Assembly (NCBI GenBank): GCA_902602185.1
Contig: CACKPV010000004.1
Coordinates: 13,479 to 77,478 of the forward strand
Length of the DNA stretch: 64,000 nt
Reading direction: 5' to 3'
Origin: an uncultured SAR86 cluster bacterium
Lineage (GTDB): Bacteria; Pseudomonadota; Gammaproteobacteria; Magnimaribacterales; D2472
Within the stretch, counting starts at the first letter, position 1; every line of letters begins with the position of its first letter. This document shows positions 16,215 through 26,414 of the stretch, one piece after another. The notes under the pieces were generated by a model. It did not search any database. It worked only from the letters and a program-made list of their open reading frames with translations, and had not been told where the DNA came from. The position numbers and the translations under genes are program-made.

Positions 16215-17603
16215 TTGTTATCAACTAAAACCAATATTGCTTATGCCTCTGGCGCTGTACCAAATGGAATTAAAGTGGATATGTTCACTTTTTTCCTTTT
16301 ATTTTTTTATGCAAACGTTGTAGGACTTGAGCCTGGTTTAGCTGGCTCTGCTATTGCTATTGCTTTATTAGTTGATGCTTTTACTGATCCTTTAATAGGC
16401 TCGATCTCTGATCGTACACGATCCTCAATGGGTCGTCGTCATCCTTACTTATTTTTTTCTTTTTTCCCCATTGTCATTGGATACAGTTTGTTGTTTGCCC
16501 CCCGACCAGATTGGAATTTATCACAAGGTGAATTATTTATTTGGATGATTTTTTTTGCCGTCTTAACTAGGGTTGGGATGACTTTTTTTGATGTACCTCA
16601 CCGTGCTTTAGGTGGTGAAATAACCAAAGATTATGATGAACGTACTTATTTATTCTCCATTCGTGAACTTTTTGGTTGGTTAGCTGGATTGTTTAATGCT
16701 TTTCTTGGATATTTTATCTTCTTTGCCTCAACTCCAGAGTATCCCAAAGGTCAGTTAAATCCGGAGGCTTGGGCGCCTTTTGGTTATACTGGTGCGAGCA
16801 TAATGGGACTAATGATCTTAATTTCAGCACTAGCTACTCTGCGCCAAGGAAAAAGTTTACCGGTGTGGTCTGGAGTAATTACTCTGACCATGATTTTCAA
16901 AGAAATGCGGATTGCATTATTAAATCGATCTTTTGTAATTTTCTTTTTTGGTTGCCTAGGCTTATCTATAGCATGGGGTCTTGGGAACACCCTTACACTT
17001 TATGTGAATACATATTTTTGGCAATTAAGTGCCACACAGATCACTCTTTATTTACCCATGTATGCATTTTCTGCTATTTGCGCATTTGCCTTAGCTCCAA
17101 GGTTGGTAAAGCAATTTGAAAAAAAATATATCATTTTAATAACTATGCTTGTTACTGGAATATTTTATCCTTTACCTTTGATACTCGGTTATTTTGGACT
17201 GACCCCACCGAAGGGAACTTATGAATTAGTTTTCTTTTTATGGATTTTTATTCTTATAGGTATTACCTGCAATATTATTGGCAATATGATACGAGATTCA
17301 ATGTTAGCTGATATTGCCGACGAAGTGGAACTGCAAAGTGGAAAACGTCAAGAGGGAATTTTATTTGCTATGTTAGGTTTTATGGCAAAAGTAAACACTG
17401 GCCTTGGGACTGCTGTTGCTGGACTGGTATTGAGTTTGATTAATTTTACAGATACGACTCCAACGGACGAACAGGTTTTTTCTCTGATTCTTACTCAGGG
17501 TGGATTAGTACCTTTTTTATTATTGATTCCAATAGTAATTTTTTCTTTGTATTCACTTAGTCGTGAGCAACACAATAAAATTCGTGAACAATTACAATCC
17601 TAA
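16215..17603 (+). CDS. MFS transporter, glycoside-pentoside-hexuronide (GPH) cation symporter family
   Basis: TTG start, about 12 TM. The GPH-type loop is GSISDRTRSSMGRRHPYLFF. Confidence 0.8.
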   Translation: MLSTKTNIAYASGAVPNGIKVDMFTFFLLFFYANVVGLEPGLAGSAIAIALLVDAFTDPLIGSISDRTRSSMGRRHPYLFFSFFPIVIGYSLLFAPRPDWNLSQGELFIWMIFFAVLTRVGMTFFDVPHRALGGEITKDYDERTYLFSIRELFGWLAGLFNAFLGYFIFFASTPEYPKGQLNPEAWAPFGYTGASIMGLMILISALATLRQGKSLPVWSGVITLTMIFKEMRIALLNRSFVIFFFGCLGLSIAWGLGNTLTLYVNTYFWQLSATQITLYLPMYAFSAICAFALAPRLVKQFEKKYIILITMLVTGIFYPLPLILGYFGLTPPKGTYELVFFLWIFILIGITCNIIGNMIRDSMLADIADEVELQSGKRQEGILFAMLGFMAKVNTGLGTAVAGLVLSLINFTDTTPTDEQVFSLILTQGGLVPFLLLIPIVIFSLYSLSREQHNKIREQLQS

Positions 17604-19009
17604 TTAGCTAGGAGTGCCTTCGTAATTCTTTTCCAAAGTTTTTTTTCAAAATCACCAACATCCTTCAAAGACAAGTTTTGAAAAAAAGATTGAATCCAAA
17701 ATATCTCTTCATCTTTTTTATTTAACTTTTTTTGGTTAAATTTTTCATTCAGAATTTGCAGCTGTATTTTGTTACGAAGCTCTTGATCTTTTTTTAAGGA
17801 ATCAATGTTGTGAAGAATCTCTATTCTAATACAAGCTTCATGCATAGATTCTTTATCTCTATTGTCAAAATTATTGCTAAAGACTTTTTGAAGAGAAGAG
17901 GGGACTAAATCTTGGTCTATTTTTTGATTATTAACGATAGCATCAAACATTGAAACAACTGCAGTAGTCGATGCCTTTTTTTGTTGCCTTTTGATGTCTT
18001 GTTGAAAATTTTTGATTGTTTTTGATACTTTTTTATAATCCTTGTGATCTTTTATTAAATGTAAGTCTTTAAATCTAGCAATAGCATCAGCAAGATTTTT
18101 AGATTCTAACAAAGTATAGATTTCAGGAATTTTATTAACTTGCTCCTGCTTCATTTGATTTTGTTCTTCGAAAAATCTATCACCTAATTTTACAAATTTG
18201 GTAAATAGTTTCTTTTCAATTTTATAGGACAATCTTCCTAAATCATTCCATTCTTTTTTTAAGTTCAGATATTGTTTTATATTTTCAGCATTATCTTCAT
18301 TAGATATTAATTCGACATTATCTAAGATTTTATTTTTTTTCTCCTCTATAAGTTTTTCTATTTTTTTAATTTCATCATAAATAGGTTGCTGCGTTTCATA
18401 CCATTGTCGATTTAATTTACGAAATAGTTTATCTGGAACAGGTGATATATTTTTCCACTGTTCATCAAAACTTTTAAGTTTTTTTCTTAGAAACTTTAGA
18501 TCTAACCGTTTATTAGTGTTGATGAAATTAGATAAATCATCTAACAATGTTTCTTTTTTTAAAACATTTTGATTTTTAATCTCATTTAGCTCGTTAAAGT
18601 AATTTCCACATGGCAACCATGCTGCATCTATGATTTTACTAAATTCTGACCATTGTTTTCTTGAGGCTGGTCGAGAACTATGATCAAGCCGTTGCCATCT
18701 TGATTGAAGATCATGTATTTCGTTAGCCCTTTGTTTGATGTCTTTAGGAGTATTTTCAACAAATTTCGATGCTTCTTTGATTAATTTTTCTCTTTTAGGA
18801 TTTGCAGCAAAAGATGAAATATCATCAAAATATCTAGATTGAGCCCGAATAAAATTTACTTTATGTAATAATTTTCTTGGTATTGATTGAAATTGCTTCA
18901 ATTGAAAGTTGATATCTCTGGTAAGCCTTTGACCCTCTTTTATAGATCCTTGCTGAAATAAGTTATCAGCAGATTCTATTAATTTAAAAATTTCTGAGGT
19001 GTTTTCCAA
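17600..19009 (-). CDS. DUF349-like repeat protein (Lys/Glu-rich)
   Basis: 469 aa with a TTG start. The repeated W-x-x-[LI]...F...F units (RWQRLDHSS...WSEFSKIIDAAW, EQWKNISPVPDKLFRKLNRQW, KEWNDLGRLSYKIEKKLFTKFVKLGDRFF) look like DUF349 repeats. Confidence 0.5.
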   Translation of the reverse strand: MENTSEIFKLIESADNLFQQGSIKEGQRLTRDINFQLKQFQSIPRKLLHKVNFIRAQSRYFDDISSFAANPKREKLIKEASKFVENTPKDIKQRANEIHDLQSRWQRLDHSSRPASRKQWSEFSKIIDAAWLPCGNYFNELNEIKNQNVLKKETLLDDLSNFINTNKRLDLKFLRKKLKSFDEQWKNISPVPDKLFRKLNRQWYETQQPIYDEIKKIEKLIEEKKNKILDNVELISNEDNAENIKQYLNLKKEWNDLGRLSYKIEKKLFTKFVKLGDRFFEEQNQMKQEQVNKIPEIYTLLESKNLADAIARFKDLHLIKDHKDYKKVSKTIKNFQQDIKRQQKKASTTAVVSMFDAIVNNQKIDQDLVPSSLQKVFSNNFDNRDKESMHEACIRIEILHNIDSLKKDQELRNKIQLQILNEKFNQKKLNKKDEEIFWIQSFFQNLSLKDVGDFEKKLWKRITKALLAN

Positions 19010-19040
19010 TTTTAAGTTAGTAAAAGTTTATAATTAATAA

Positions 19041-20015
19041 ATGAGTGAAAGAATTTTAACAGGTATTACTACATCTGGCATACCTCATTTAGGTAACTAC
19101 TTTGGAGCTATAAGACCAAGTCTTGATTTGGCTAACAGTGCAAATGAATCTTTTTTCTTTTTGGCTGATTATCACTCTATCATTAAAGTAAATAAACCAA
19201 AGGAAGTAGCTATTTCTGCTCAAAAGATTGCAATGGCTTGGTTAGCATGTGGATTAGATCCGAATAAAACTTTTTTTTATAGACAATCTGATATTAAACA
19301 AATTTTAGAACTGAGTTGGATATTGCACTGTGTTACCTCAAAAGGACTAATGAATAGAGCACATGCTTATAAAGCATTAAAATCTGAGACTGACGATAAG
19401 GGTATCAATATGGGATTGTTTTCTTATCCTATTTTAATGGCAGCTGATATTTTGATATTTAACGCAACAAAAGTTCCAGTTGGTCCAGATCAAACCCAAC
19501 ATCTTGAAATGACCAGAGATATTGCAAATAAATTCAATCATACTTTCGGAGAGATTTTCACTATACCTGAAGCTTTAATTGATGGAGACGGAGAATCTTT
19601 ACCTGGAACTGATGGTAAAAAGATGAGTAAGTCCTATCAGAATATTATTCCCTTACTATCAACTCGGGAAGAATTAAAAAAATCAATATTAAAAATAGTA
19701 ACTAACTCACTGGAACCAGGTGAGCCAAAAGATTATTCAACCTGTAATGTCTTCAAGATTTATTCTTATTTTGCCGATAATAATGAGATCGATGAGTTTA
19801 AAGCTGCTTATGAAGAAGGAATTAGTTGGGGGGACGCAAAGAATAAACTTTTTGAGTTAGCTGATAAACATCTAGAACCAATTAGAGATAAATATTTCAA
19901 ACTGGAATCAAATCCTCAAGATGTCATTGATTTACTGGATGAAGGTGGAAAAAAGGTTATGCCTATGGCAGAGGACCTTCTTTGCAATGTTCGTGAAAGT
20001 ATTGGCATAACCTAA
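19041..20015 (+). CDS. trpS: Tryptophan--tRNA ligase
   Basis: 324 aa. HIGH-type motif TSGIPHLGNY, KMSKS motif GKKMSKS, and VPVGPDQTQHLEMTRDIA. Confidence 0.95.
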   Translation: MSERILTGITTSGIPHLGNYFGAIRPSLDLANSANESFFFLADYHSIIKVNKPKEVAISAQKIAMAWLACGLDPNKTFFYRQSDIKQILELSWILHCVTSKGLMNRAHAYKALKSETDDKGINMGLFSYPILMAADILIFNATKVPVGPDQTQHLEMTRDIANKFNHTFGEIFTIPEALIDGDGESLPGTDGKKMSKSYQNIIPLLSTREELKKSILKIVTNSLEPGEPKDYSTCNVFKIYSYFADNNEIDEFKAAYEEGISWGDAKNKLFELADKHLEPIRDKYFKLESNPQDVIDLLDEGGKKVMPMAEDLLCNVRESIGIT

Positions 20016-20018
20016 ACA

Positions 20019-21200
20019 GTGAACTCAACATCATTTTGGCTAAAGTTTGGCTTATTTTCAGTGGGTCTTGGTCAATCTTTTGCATTTGTTTTAATTCCAC
20101 CACTAGCAAGAGATTTAGGACTTTCTGAGGTTCAGACTTCCGTAATCTTCTCTATTTCAGCTATTGCTTGGGCTTTAACATCCGCAACATGGGGTAGAGC
20201 AAGTGACATTCATGGTCGAAGAAATATCGCAATCTTAGGACTTATTGGTTATGCAATTTCATTAGTTGCATTAATTACCCCTATTTATATGGTTCAAAAT
20301 AATATCCTTCATTTGTCATTACTTTTTCCATTACTTATTTTAGGAAGATCGATCAATGGTTTATTAGGTTCCGCAACTAGACCAGCATCTTTTGCGTATA
20401 TGGCTGATATAACTCCAGTAAATAAAAGAACAGTTAAATTTGCACGTTTAGAGGCAAGTTTTATGGTTGGTACTCTTGTTGGGCCACTTTTAGGTGGCTA
20501 TTTATTTTTATTATCTGAATTGGCACCATTTTATACATTTGCTTTTTTAGGCATAGTGGCAGCAATTGGAACTTTTTTTAATATGGAAAACACTAAAATG
20601 GTCGCAAAAGAGGTTAAAAAATTTAAATTATCTATGTTTGCACCAACCGTATGGCCTTACTTAGTTTTTGCATCAATTCTTAGTCTTACACAAGCTTCAC
20701 TATTACAGTCAATAGGATTTTATGTAACAGATAAATTTTCTAATCTTGATGATATACCCTTACTCATCAGCATAACTTTTTTCTTATTTTCAATTTCTGC
20801 ATTAGCCAGCCAGTACTTATTTACAGATAGTTTTAAAATGTCAAATCATAATTTACTGATATACGGTACTATATTGTTAACTAGTGCCTATATTGTTATG
20901 GGATATGGAGATTCTATTGCAATGTATTATTCATCAATTGTTATTTGTGGAATTGGTTTGGGTATGGTTAGACCAGCAAATTCCTCTGGTATTTCTATTT
21001 CTCAAGAACCTGAGTTTCAGGGTGAGGCAGCAGGACATCTTGGATCAGTGTTCCCAATAGGGCATATTCTTACTCCTATAATTGCTATGCCTTTATATAT
21101 TTATAATAGTTCATACTTATATTACTTTAGTGCTATCTTATGTTTCATCCTTTTTCTCTTTATAATGTTACATCCAATATTTAGGTCATCAAATGTCTAA
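20019..21200 (+). CDS. MFS transporter
   Basis: GTG start, 393 aa, about 12 TM. The MFS loop is GRASDIHGRRN. Confidence 0.75.
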   Translation: MNSTSFWLKFGLFSVGLGQSFAFVLIPPLARDLGLSEVQTSVIFSISAIAWALTSATWGRASDIHGRRNIAILGLIGYAISLVALITPIYMVQNNILHLSLLFPLLILGRSINGLLGSATRPASFAYMADITPVNKRTVKFARLEASFMVGTLVGPLLGGYLFLLSELAPFYTFAFLGIVAAIGTFFNMENTKMVAKEVKKFKLSMFAPTVWPYLVFASILSLTQASLLQSIGFYVTDKFSNLDDIPLLISITFFLFSISALASQYLFTDSFKMSNHNLLIYGTILLTSAYIVMGYGDSIAMYYSSIVICGIGLGMVRPANSSGISISQEPEFQGEAAGHLGSVFPIGHILTPIIAMPLYIYNSSYLYYFSAILCFILFLFIMLHPIFRSSNV

Positions 21201-22194
21201 AACTAAAGGTTTATTAATTATTAATTTAGGTACTCCTGACAATCCAGGATATTTTGCTGTGTTTAAATACCTAAGACAGTTTTTAATGGATCCAAAAGTA
21301 ATTACAGTGCCTTTTATATTGCGATTTATCCTTGTTACTTTGGTAATTGTTCCTTTTAGAGCTTTTTCATCAGCAAAGATATATAAGAAAATATGGACTG
21401 ATAAAGGGTCTCCACTAACTGTACTTACTAATGATCTTGTTTTGCAATTAAGAGAAAGATTACCAACTTTTCAGGTTGAGTTCGCAATGCGTTATCAACA
21501 ACCCTCAATTGAAGAAAAAATTAATCAATTATGTTCTTTAAATTTAGACGAAATCATTGTTTTACCTTTATTTCCCCAATACACTCAAGCCACTACTGGA
21601 TCCGTATTCGATGAAGTAGCAAGATGTTTAAAAAAAACTAGATCAACCCCAGCAATACGATTTATTTCTCAATTTTACGACAATCCTTTATTTATTGAGG
21701 CTTGGTTGAATCGTATGAATCAATATGATTTGGGTAGTTATGATCATATTCTATTTAGTTACCACGGTCTTCCTATGAAAGCCTTAAATGATATCTATGA
21801 AGATGACCTTTGTGATGATAATAATTGTGAAGATGGTATTACAGATAAAAATAAATTTTGTTACAAAGCGACTTGTTATGAAACTACAAGACTTATCAAT
21901 CAAGGAATCAATTTAGCACCTGATAAATTTACTGTATGTTTTCAGTCCAGATTAACAAAAAATTGGGTAGCACCATTTACAGATGACGTTATCAAAACTT
22001 TAGCAAAGGATGGAAAAAAGAAATTGCTGGTAGCTGCTCCTGCATTTACTGCAGATAATCTGGAAACTATTTATGAAATTGGTGATGAATACGAAGAACT
22101 CTTTCAAGAAAACGGTGGAGAACATTTGGAGATGGTTCCGTCATTAAATTCTGATAATCTGTGGGTTGATGCCATTTTAGATATAATTAGATAA
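21193..22194 (+). CDS. hemH: Ferrochelatase
   Basis: 333 aa. Blocks seen: LLIINLGTPD, LPLFPQYTQATTGS, FSYHGLP and FTADNLETIYEI. Confidence 0.92.
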   Translation: MSKTKGLLIINLGTPDNPGYFAVFKYLRQFLMDPKVITVPFILRFILVTLVIVPFRAFSSAKIYKKIWTDKGSPLTVLTNDLVLQLRERLPTFQVEFAMRYQQPSIEEKINQLCSLNLDEIIVLPLFPQYTQATTGSVFDEVARCLKKTRSTPAIRFISQFYDNPLFIEAWLNRMNQYDLGSYDHILFSYHGLPMKALNDIYEDDLCDDNNCEDGITDKNKFCYKATCYETTRLINQGINLAPDKFTVCFQSRLTKNWVAPFTDDVIKTLAKDGKKKLLVAAPAFTADNLETIYEIGDEYEELFQENGGEHLEMVPSLNSDNLWVDAILDIIR

Positions 22195-23069
22195 TGTTTA
22201 AAGATAATTTACTTCAAGGAAAAAGAATTTTAGTCACTGGTGGAGGAACTGGTCTTGGGAAAGAAATGGCAACGCATTTTGCTCAACATGGTGCTGAAAT
22301 ATTTATTTGTGGACGAAGAAATAATGTTTTAGAAGAGACTGCTCAAGAATTAAAAGAAAAATTTGATACTCCAGTCCATTACCAAACTCTTGATATTCGT
22401 TCCTACCAGGATGTTGATCATTATATTGAATCTATTTTTCAAACTGGACCGTTAGATGGTCTTGTGAATAACGCTGCTGGAAATTTTATTTCACCCACCA
22501 AGGATTTATCTCCACGTGGTTTCGATGCTATTGCTAACATAGTTTTCCATGGAACTTTTTATGTTACTCATGCTGTAGGTACTCGACTTATTGAGCTGCA
22601 ACATAAAGCATCAATTGTTTCCATTTTAGCTACATGGGTATGGACTGGCTCTGCTTATGTTGTACCATCAGCAATGTCAAAAACTGGTTTGGATGCTATG
22701 ACCAAATCGTTGGCAGTAGAGTGGGGACCTTATGGCATTCGTCTGAATGCAATTGCACCGGGACCGTTTCCAACAGAAGGTGCTTGGGCTAGATTGAGTC
22801 CTAATGGTGAATTAAGTGAATCCAGTTATGAAAAATCAATCCCACTTGGCAGAGCTGGTGATATGGAAGAGTTACAAAATTTAGCAACATTTTTATTAGC
22901 AGACGGCTGTGAGTATTTAACAGGTCAAACCATTGGCCTCGACGGTGCACAATATCTCACTGGTGGTGGAACTTTTTCAAATCTTTCTGAAGTAACAGAC
23001 GATCAATGGTCAGAAATACGAAACGCAATCAGAAAAACCAACAATAAAGATAAAAAGGATAGGTCCTAA
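22194..23069 (+). CDS. SDR-family oxidoreductase (2,4-dienoyl-CoA reductase-like)
   Basis: VTGGGTGLGKEM, NNAAGNF and IRLNAIAPGPF. The start overlaps the hemH stop (TAATG). Confidence 0.85.
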   Translation: MFKDNLLQGKRILVTGGGTGLGKEMATHFAQHGAEIFICGRRNNVLEETAQELKEKFDTPVHYQTLDIRSYQDVDHYIESIFQTGPLDGLVNNAAGNFISPTKDLSPRGFDAIANIVFHGTFYVTHAVGTRLIELQHKASIVSILATWVWTGSAYVVPSAMSKTGLDAMTKSLAVEWGPYGIRLNAIAPGPFPTEGAWARLSPNGELSESSYEKSIPLGRAGDMEELQNLATFLLADGCEYLTGQTIGLDGAQYLTGGGTFSNLSEVTDDQWSEIRNAIRKTNNKDKKDRS

Positions 23070-23070
23070 T

Positions 23071-24504
23071 ATGAATATTTCCCCTGATACACATTTACAA
23101 AAAATTTTAGATGACCAAAAATCTTTTTTTATTAAAAATGGTCCACCTGATTATAAATTAAGACTAGATCGACTCAAGAGAGTTAAGGATATGTTGATCA
23201 GTAATAAATCCAAGATTGTTGAGGCTTTAGATGAAGACTACGGAGTGAGATCATTGGATCAATCATTAATAACAGATGTTTATGCTGCTCTTCCAGCATT
23301 TAGTCATGCTATTAAAAATCTTAAAAGATGGATGAAACCCGAAAAAAGACAATCCAACTTTCCCTATGGCATATTTGGTGCTCGTTCTTATATTCATTTT
23401 GAACCCTTAGGGACTGTAGGGATGATTTCACCATGGAATTTCCCATTTTATCTTTCAATTGCTCCATTGGCAGGGATCTTTAGTGCTGGTAATCAAGCAA
23501 TGCATAAGCCAAGTGAATTTACACCAATAACAGCAGATTTAATGAAATCACTATGTGATAAATACTTTGATGAAGTTGAGCTTGCTACTGTAACTGGAGG
23601 AATTGGGGTTGGTGAAGAGTTTTCTTCACTCAAATTTGATCATTTATTATTTACAGGGAGCGGCAATGTAGGGAAGAAGGTAATGCAAGCTGCAGCACAA
23701 AATTTAGTACCAGTAACTCTTGAGTTAGGTGGAAAATCACCAGTAATAATTAGTTCTTCAGCAGATATCGAAGTTTCAGCTCGAAGAATCATGTTTAATA
23801 AAACTTTAAATGCTGGACAAATTTGTTTAGCACCAGACTATGTTTTAGTTGAGGAATCAGTTAAAGATAGTTTCATTCAAGCTTGCCAAGACGAAACCTC
23901 AAAATTTTACGACAAACTTCTCGATAATAATAGTTACACATCTGTTGTAAACGCACACCATTATAATCGTTTGATTTCTCATATTGAGGATGCAAAAACT
24001 AAAGGTGCTACCATCATCGAGATAAATCCTGCCAAAGAAGATTTTTCTAATCAAAAAGCACATAAAATTCCTCCAACTTTAATTGTTGATGTAGATGATG
24101 ATATGACGATAATGCAAGAAGAAATTTTTGGACCGTTACTTCCAATTAGTTCTTATACCAATTTAGAATCGGTAATTGCTTACATAAATGCTCATGACAA
24201 ACCATTGGGATTATATTATTTTGGAACTAATAAAGCTGAGGAACAATCTGTCTTAAATTTAACGTCATCAGGTGGGGTGACCATTAATGATTGTATGGGT
24301 CATATCCAGCAAAATGATCTTGGTTTTGGTGGAGTTGGACCATCTGGAATGGGTAAATATGATGGCAAAGACGGTTTTTTAAATTTTTCAAATTGTAAAA
24401 CTGTTTATAAGCAAGTGGGATTCAAATTCGATAAGCTGTTTGAGATTATAAGACCCCCTTATAAAGGTAATTTAGAGTCAGTTCTTAAAAACTTATTAAA
24501 ATAA
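23071..24504 (+). CDS. NAD(P)-dependent aldehyde dehydrogenase (class-3/coniferyl-aldehyde type)
   Basis: 477 aa. Blocks seen: ISPWNFP, LELGGKSP, catalytic Cys in NAGQICLAPDY, and EEIFGPLLP. Confidence 0.9.
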   Translation: MNISPDTHLQKILDDQKSFFIKNGPPDYKLRLDRLKRVKDMLISNKSKIVEALDEDYGVRSLDQSLITDVYAALPAFSHAIKNLKRWMKPEKRQSNFPYGIFGARSYIHFEPLGTVGMISPWNFPFYLSIAPLAGIFSAGNQAMHKPSEFTPITADLMKSLCDKYFDEVELATVTGGIGVGEEFSSLKFDHLLFTGSGNVGKKVMQAAAQNLVPVTLELGGKSPVIISSSADIEVSARRIMFNKTLNAGQICLAPDYVLVEESVKDSFIQACQDETSKFYDKLLDNNSYTSVVNAHHYNRLISHIEDAKTKGATIIEINPAKEDFSNQKAHKIPPTLIVDVDDDMTIMQEEIFGPLLPISSYTNLESVIAYINAHDKPLGLYYFGTNKAEEQSVLNLTSSGGVTINDCMGHIQQNDLGFGGVGPSGMGKYDGKDGFLNFSNCKTVYKQVGFKFDKLFEIIRPPYKGNLESVLKNLLK

Positions 24505-24505
24505 C

Positions 24506-25735
24506 ATGGGCATCTCTGCCAAATTAGGTTTTAAATATTTTAGATCTAAAAAAGGTTTTTTTGTTTCCTTTACTTCATTTATGGCCATTGCCGGGTTAAC
24601 GGTTGGAGTTGCAACGCTAATTATTGTAATGTCAGTGATGAATGGTTTTGAGAGAGAACTTCAAAATAGAATATTAGGAGTAATTCCTCATGCATTAATT
24701 CATTCTAGAGAGCCAATTGATAAATATGATGAATTAATTGAAGAAATATTAAAAGTTAATCAGGTTGAGGAGGCCGTTCCGTTCATTCAAATGCAATCAT
24801 TGATCTCTAATGGCAAAGAGTCAAGAGGAGTTCTGCTCACAGCTGTTGATCCTCAATATGAAAAAAATGTCTCAATTTTAGAAGATCATATGAAAACAGG
24901 ATCCATTAGTAACCTTCAATCTGGACAAATTATTATTGGTTTTTGGCTTGCAGCATATCTAGGTGTGAGTGTGGGTGACGAGATTTCAATTTTGACCTCT
25001 GAAGTAAGAACATCATTATTGGGTTCATTTCCAAGATCTTTTACTTTTAAAATTTCAGGTATCTTTGAACTGAAAGCTGAACCTGATCAAAATTTGGTAA
25101 TAATTTCACACGATGATGGTCAAAAAATAAAAAATTATGATAACCAAACTCAGAGTATTAGATTAAAAGTTTCCGATGTAATGCAGTCAAGACAAATTGC
25201 ATCAGAAACTGTTTTTAAAATCTCTAATGCCAACACTAGTTATGCATCCTCAACCTGGGAGAAAACTCATGGGACCCTTTTTCAAGCAGTTCAATTAGAG
25301 AAATTGATTATCGGGTTACTACTTTTTCTCATTGTAGGTGTAGCAGCATTTAATATTTTATCTACTACTGTTATGAGTGTGAAAACCAAAGAAAAAGAAA
25401 TTGCTATCATGAAGACTATTGGTATTCCTGATAAAACTTTGGTTGCTATTTTTATCTTTCAAGGTTTATACATATCTTTAATAGGAATTTCCTTAGGTTT
25501 AATCTTGGGTCTCATTACAACGATTAATCTTAATAGCATCATTTTATTGATTGAAACTATGTTTGACAGAACCCTGCTAGACGCTTATTTCATTAATTAT
25601 TTTCCTTATTACATCGATATAAGCCAGGTTATATCAATTATGTTAACTGCTTTTTCTTTGTGTTTGTTGTCTGCAATTTGGCCAGCTATTAGAGTTTCCA
25701 GATTTGATCCGGTAAAAGTTTTAAGAGATGAATAG
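24506..25735 (+). CDS. lolC: Lipoprotein-releasing ABC transporter permease (LolC/LolE family)
   Basis: 409 aa. It has an N-terminal TM, a periplasmic MacB-like domain, and a C-terminal FtsX-type 3-TM bundle. The gene is immediately followed by lolD. Confidence 0.85.
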   Translation: MGISAKLGFKYFRSKKGFFVSFTSFMAIAGLTVGVATLIIVMSVMNGFERELQNRILGVIPHALIHSREPIDKYDELIEEILKVNQVEEAVPFIQMQSLISNGKESRGVLLTAVDPQYEKNVSILEDHMKTGSISNLQSGQIIIGFWLAAYLGVSVGDEISILTSEVRTSLLGSFPRSFTFKISGIFELKAEPDQNLVIISHDDGQKIKNYDNQTQSIRLKVSDVMQSRQIASETVFKISNANTSYASSTWEKTHGTLFQAVQLEKLIIGLLLFLIVGVAAFNILSTTVMSVKTKEKEIAIMKTIGIPDKTLVAIFIFQGLYISLIGISLGLILGLITTINLNSIILLIETMFDRTLLDAYFINYFPYYIDISQVISIMLTAFSLCLLSAIWPAIRVSRFDPVKVLRDE

Positions 25736-26414
25736 TTTAATTCTTCATAAATTGAGTAAAACCTTTGATGAGAATTCCTTATCAAATAGAGTGATCAATG
25801 ATTTCTCACTAACAATAAATCAAGGAGAATCAATAGCTTTCATCGGAAAATCTGGTGCTGGTAAATCAACACTATTACATTTGATGGCTAAATTAGAATC
25901 TGCCTCTAGTGGGACTGTACAAGTGTCTATTGAAAATAAAAATTATGATTATGAAAATATGACTTCAAATGAGATAGGCAAATTAAGACTTAACCATTAT
26001 GGATTTGTATACCAACAACATCACTTACTTGAGGATCTTACTTGTCTGGAAAACTGTACTTTACCAAGTGAGTTGAAATCTAATGGCAATATTAATTTTG
26101 ATTACATTCTTAATCTTTTTGAGAGAATGGATTTGTTATCCGTAAAAGACCGTTACCCAAATACCTTATCTGGTGGGGAAAGACATAGAGTAGCCATTAT
26201 CAGAGCAGTTGCACACAAACCAAATTTTCTTTTTTTAGACGAACCTACCGGTAATCTTGACCAAGAAAACTCAAGTACTATTCAACATTTATTACAAGGC
26301 TTAATCAATCTAGAAAAAATGGGAGTGATTCTAGCTACTCATGATATAAATTTTGCTAATATGATGGACAGAGTGTTTGAAATACAAAACGGAAACATAT
26401 TACAAAAAAAATGA
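25728..26414 (+). CDS. lolD: Lipoprotein-releasing ABC transporter ATP-binding protein
   Basis: Walker A GKSGAGKST, signature LSGGERHR, Walker B FLFLDEPTGNLD. It overlaps lolC by 8 nt. Confidence 0.85.
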   Translation: MNSLILHKLSKTFDENSLSNRVINDFSLTINQGESIAFIGKSGAGKSTLLHLMAKLESASSGTVQVSIENKNYDYENMTSNEIGKLRLNHYGFVYQQHHLLEDLTCLENCTLPSELKSNGNINFDYILNLFERMDLLSVKDRYPNTLSGGERHRVAIIRAVAHKPNFLFLDEPTGNLDQENSSTIQHLLQGLINLEKMGVILATHDINFANMMDRVFEIQNGNILQKK

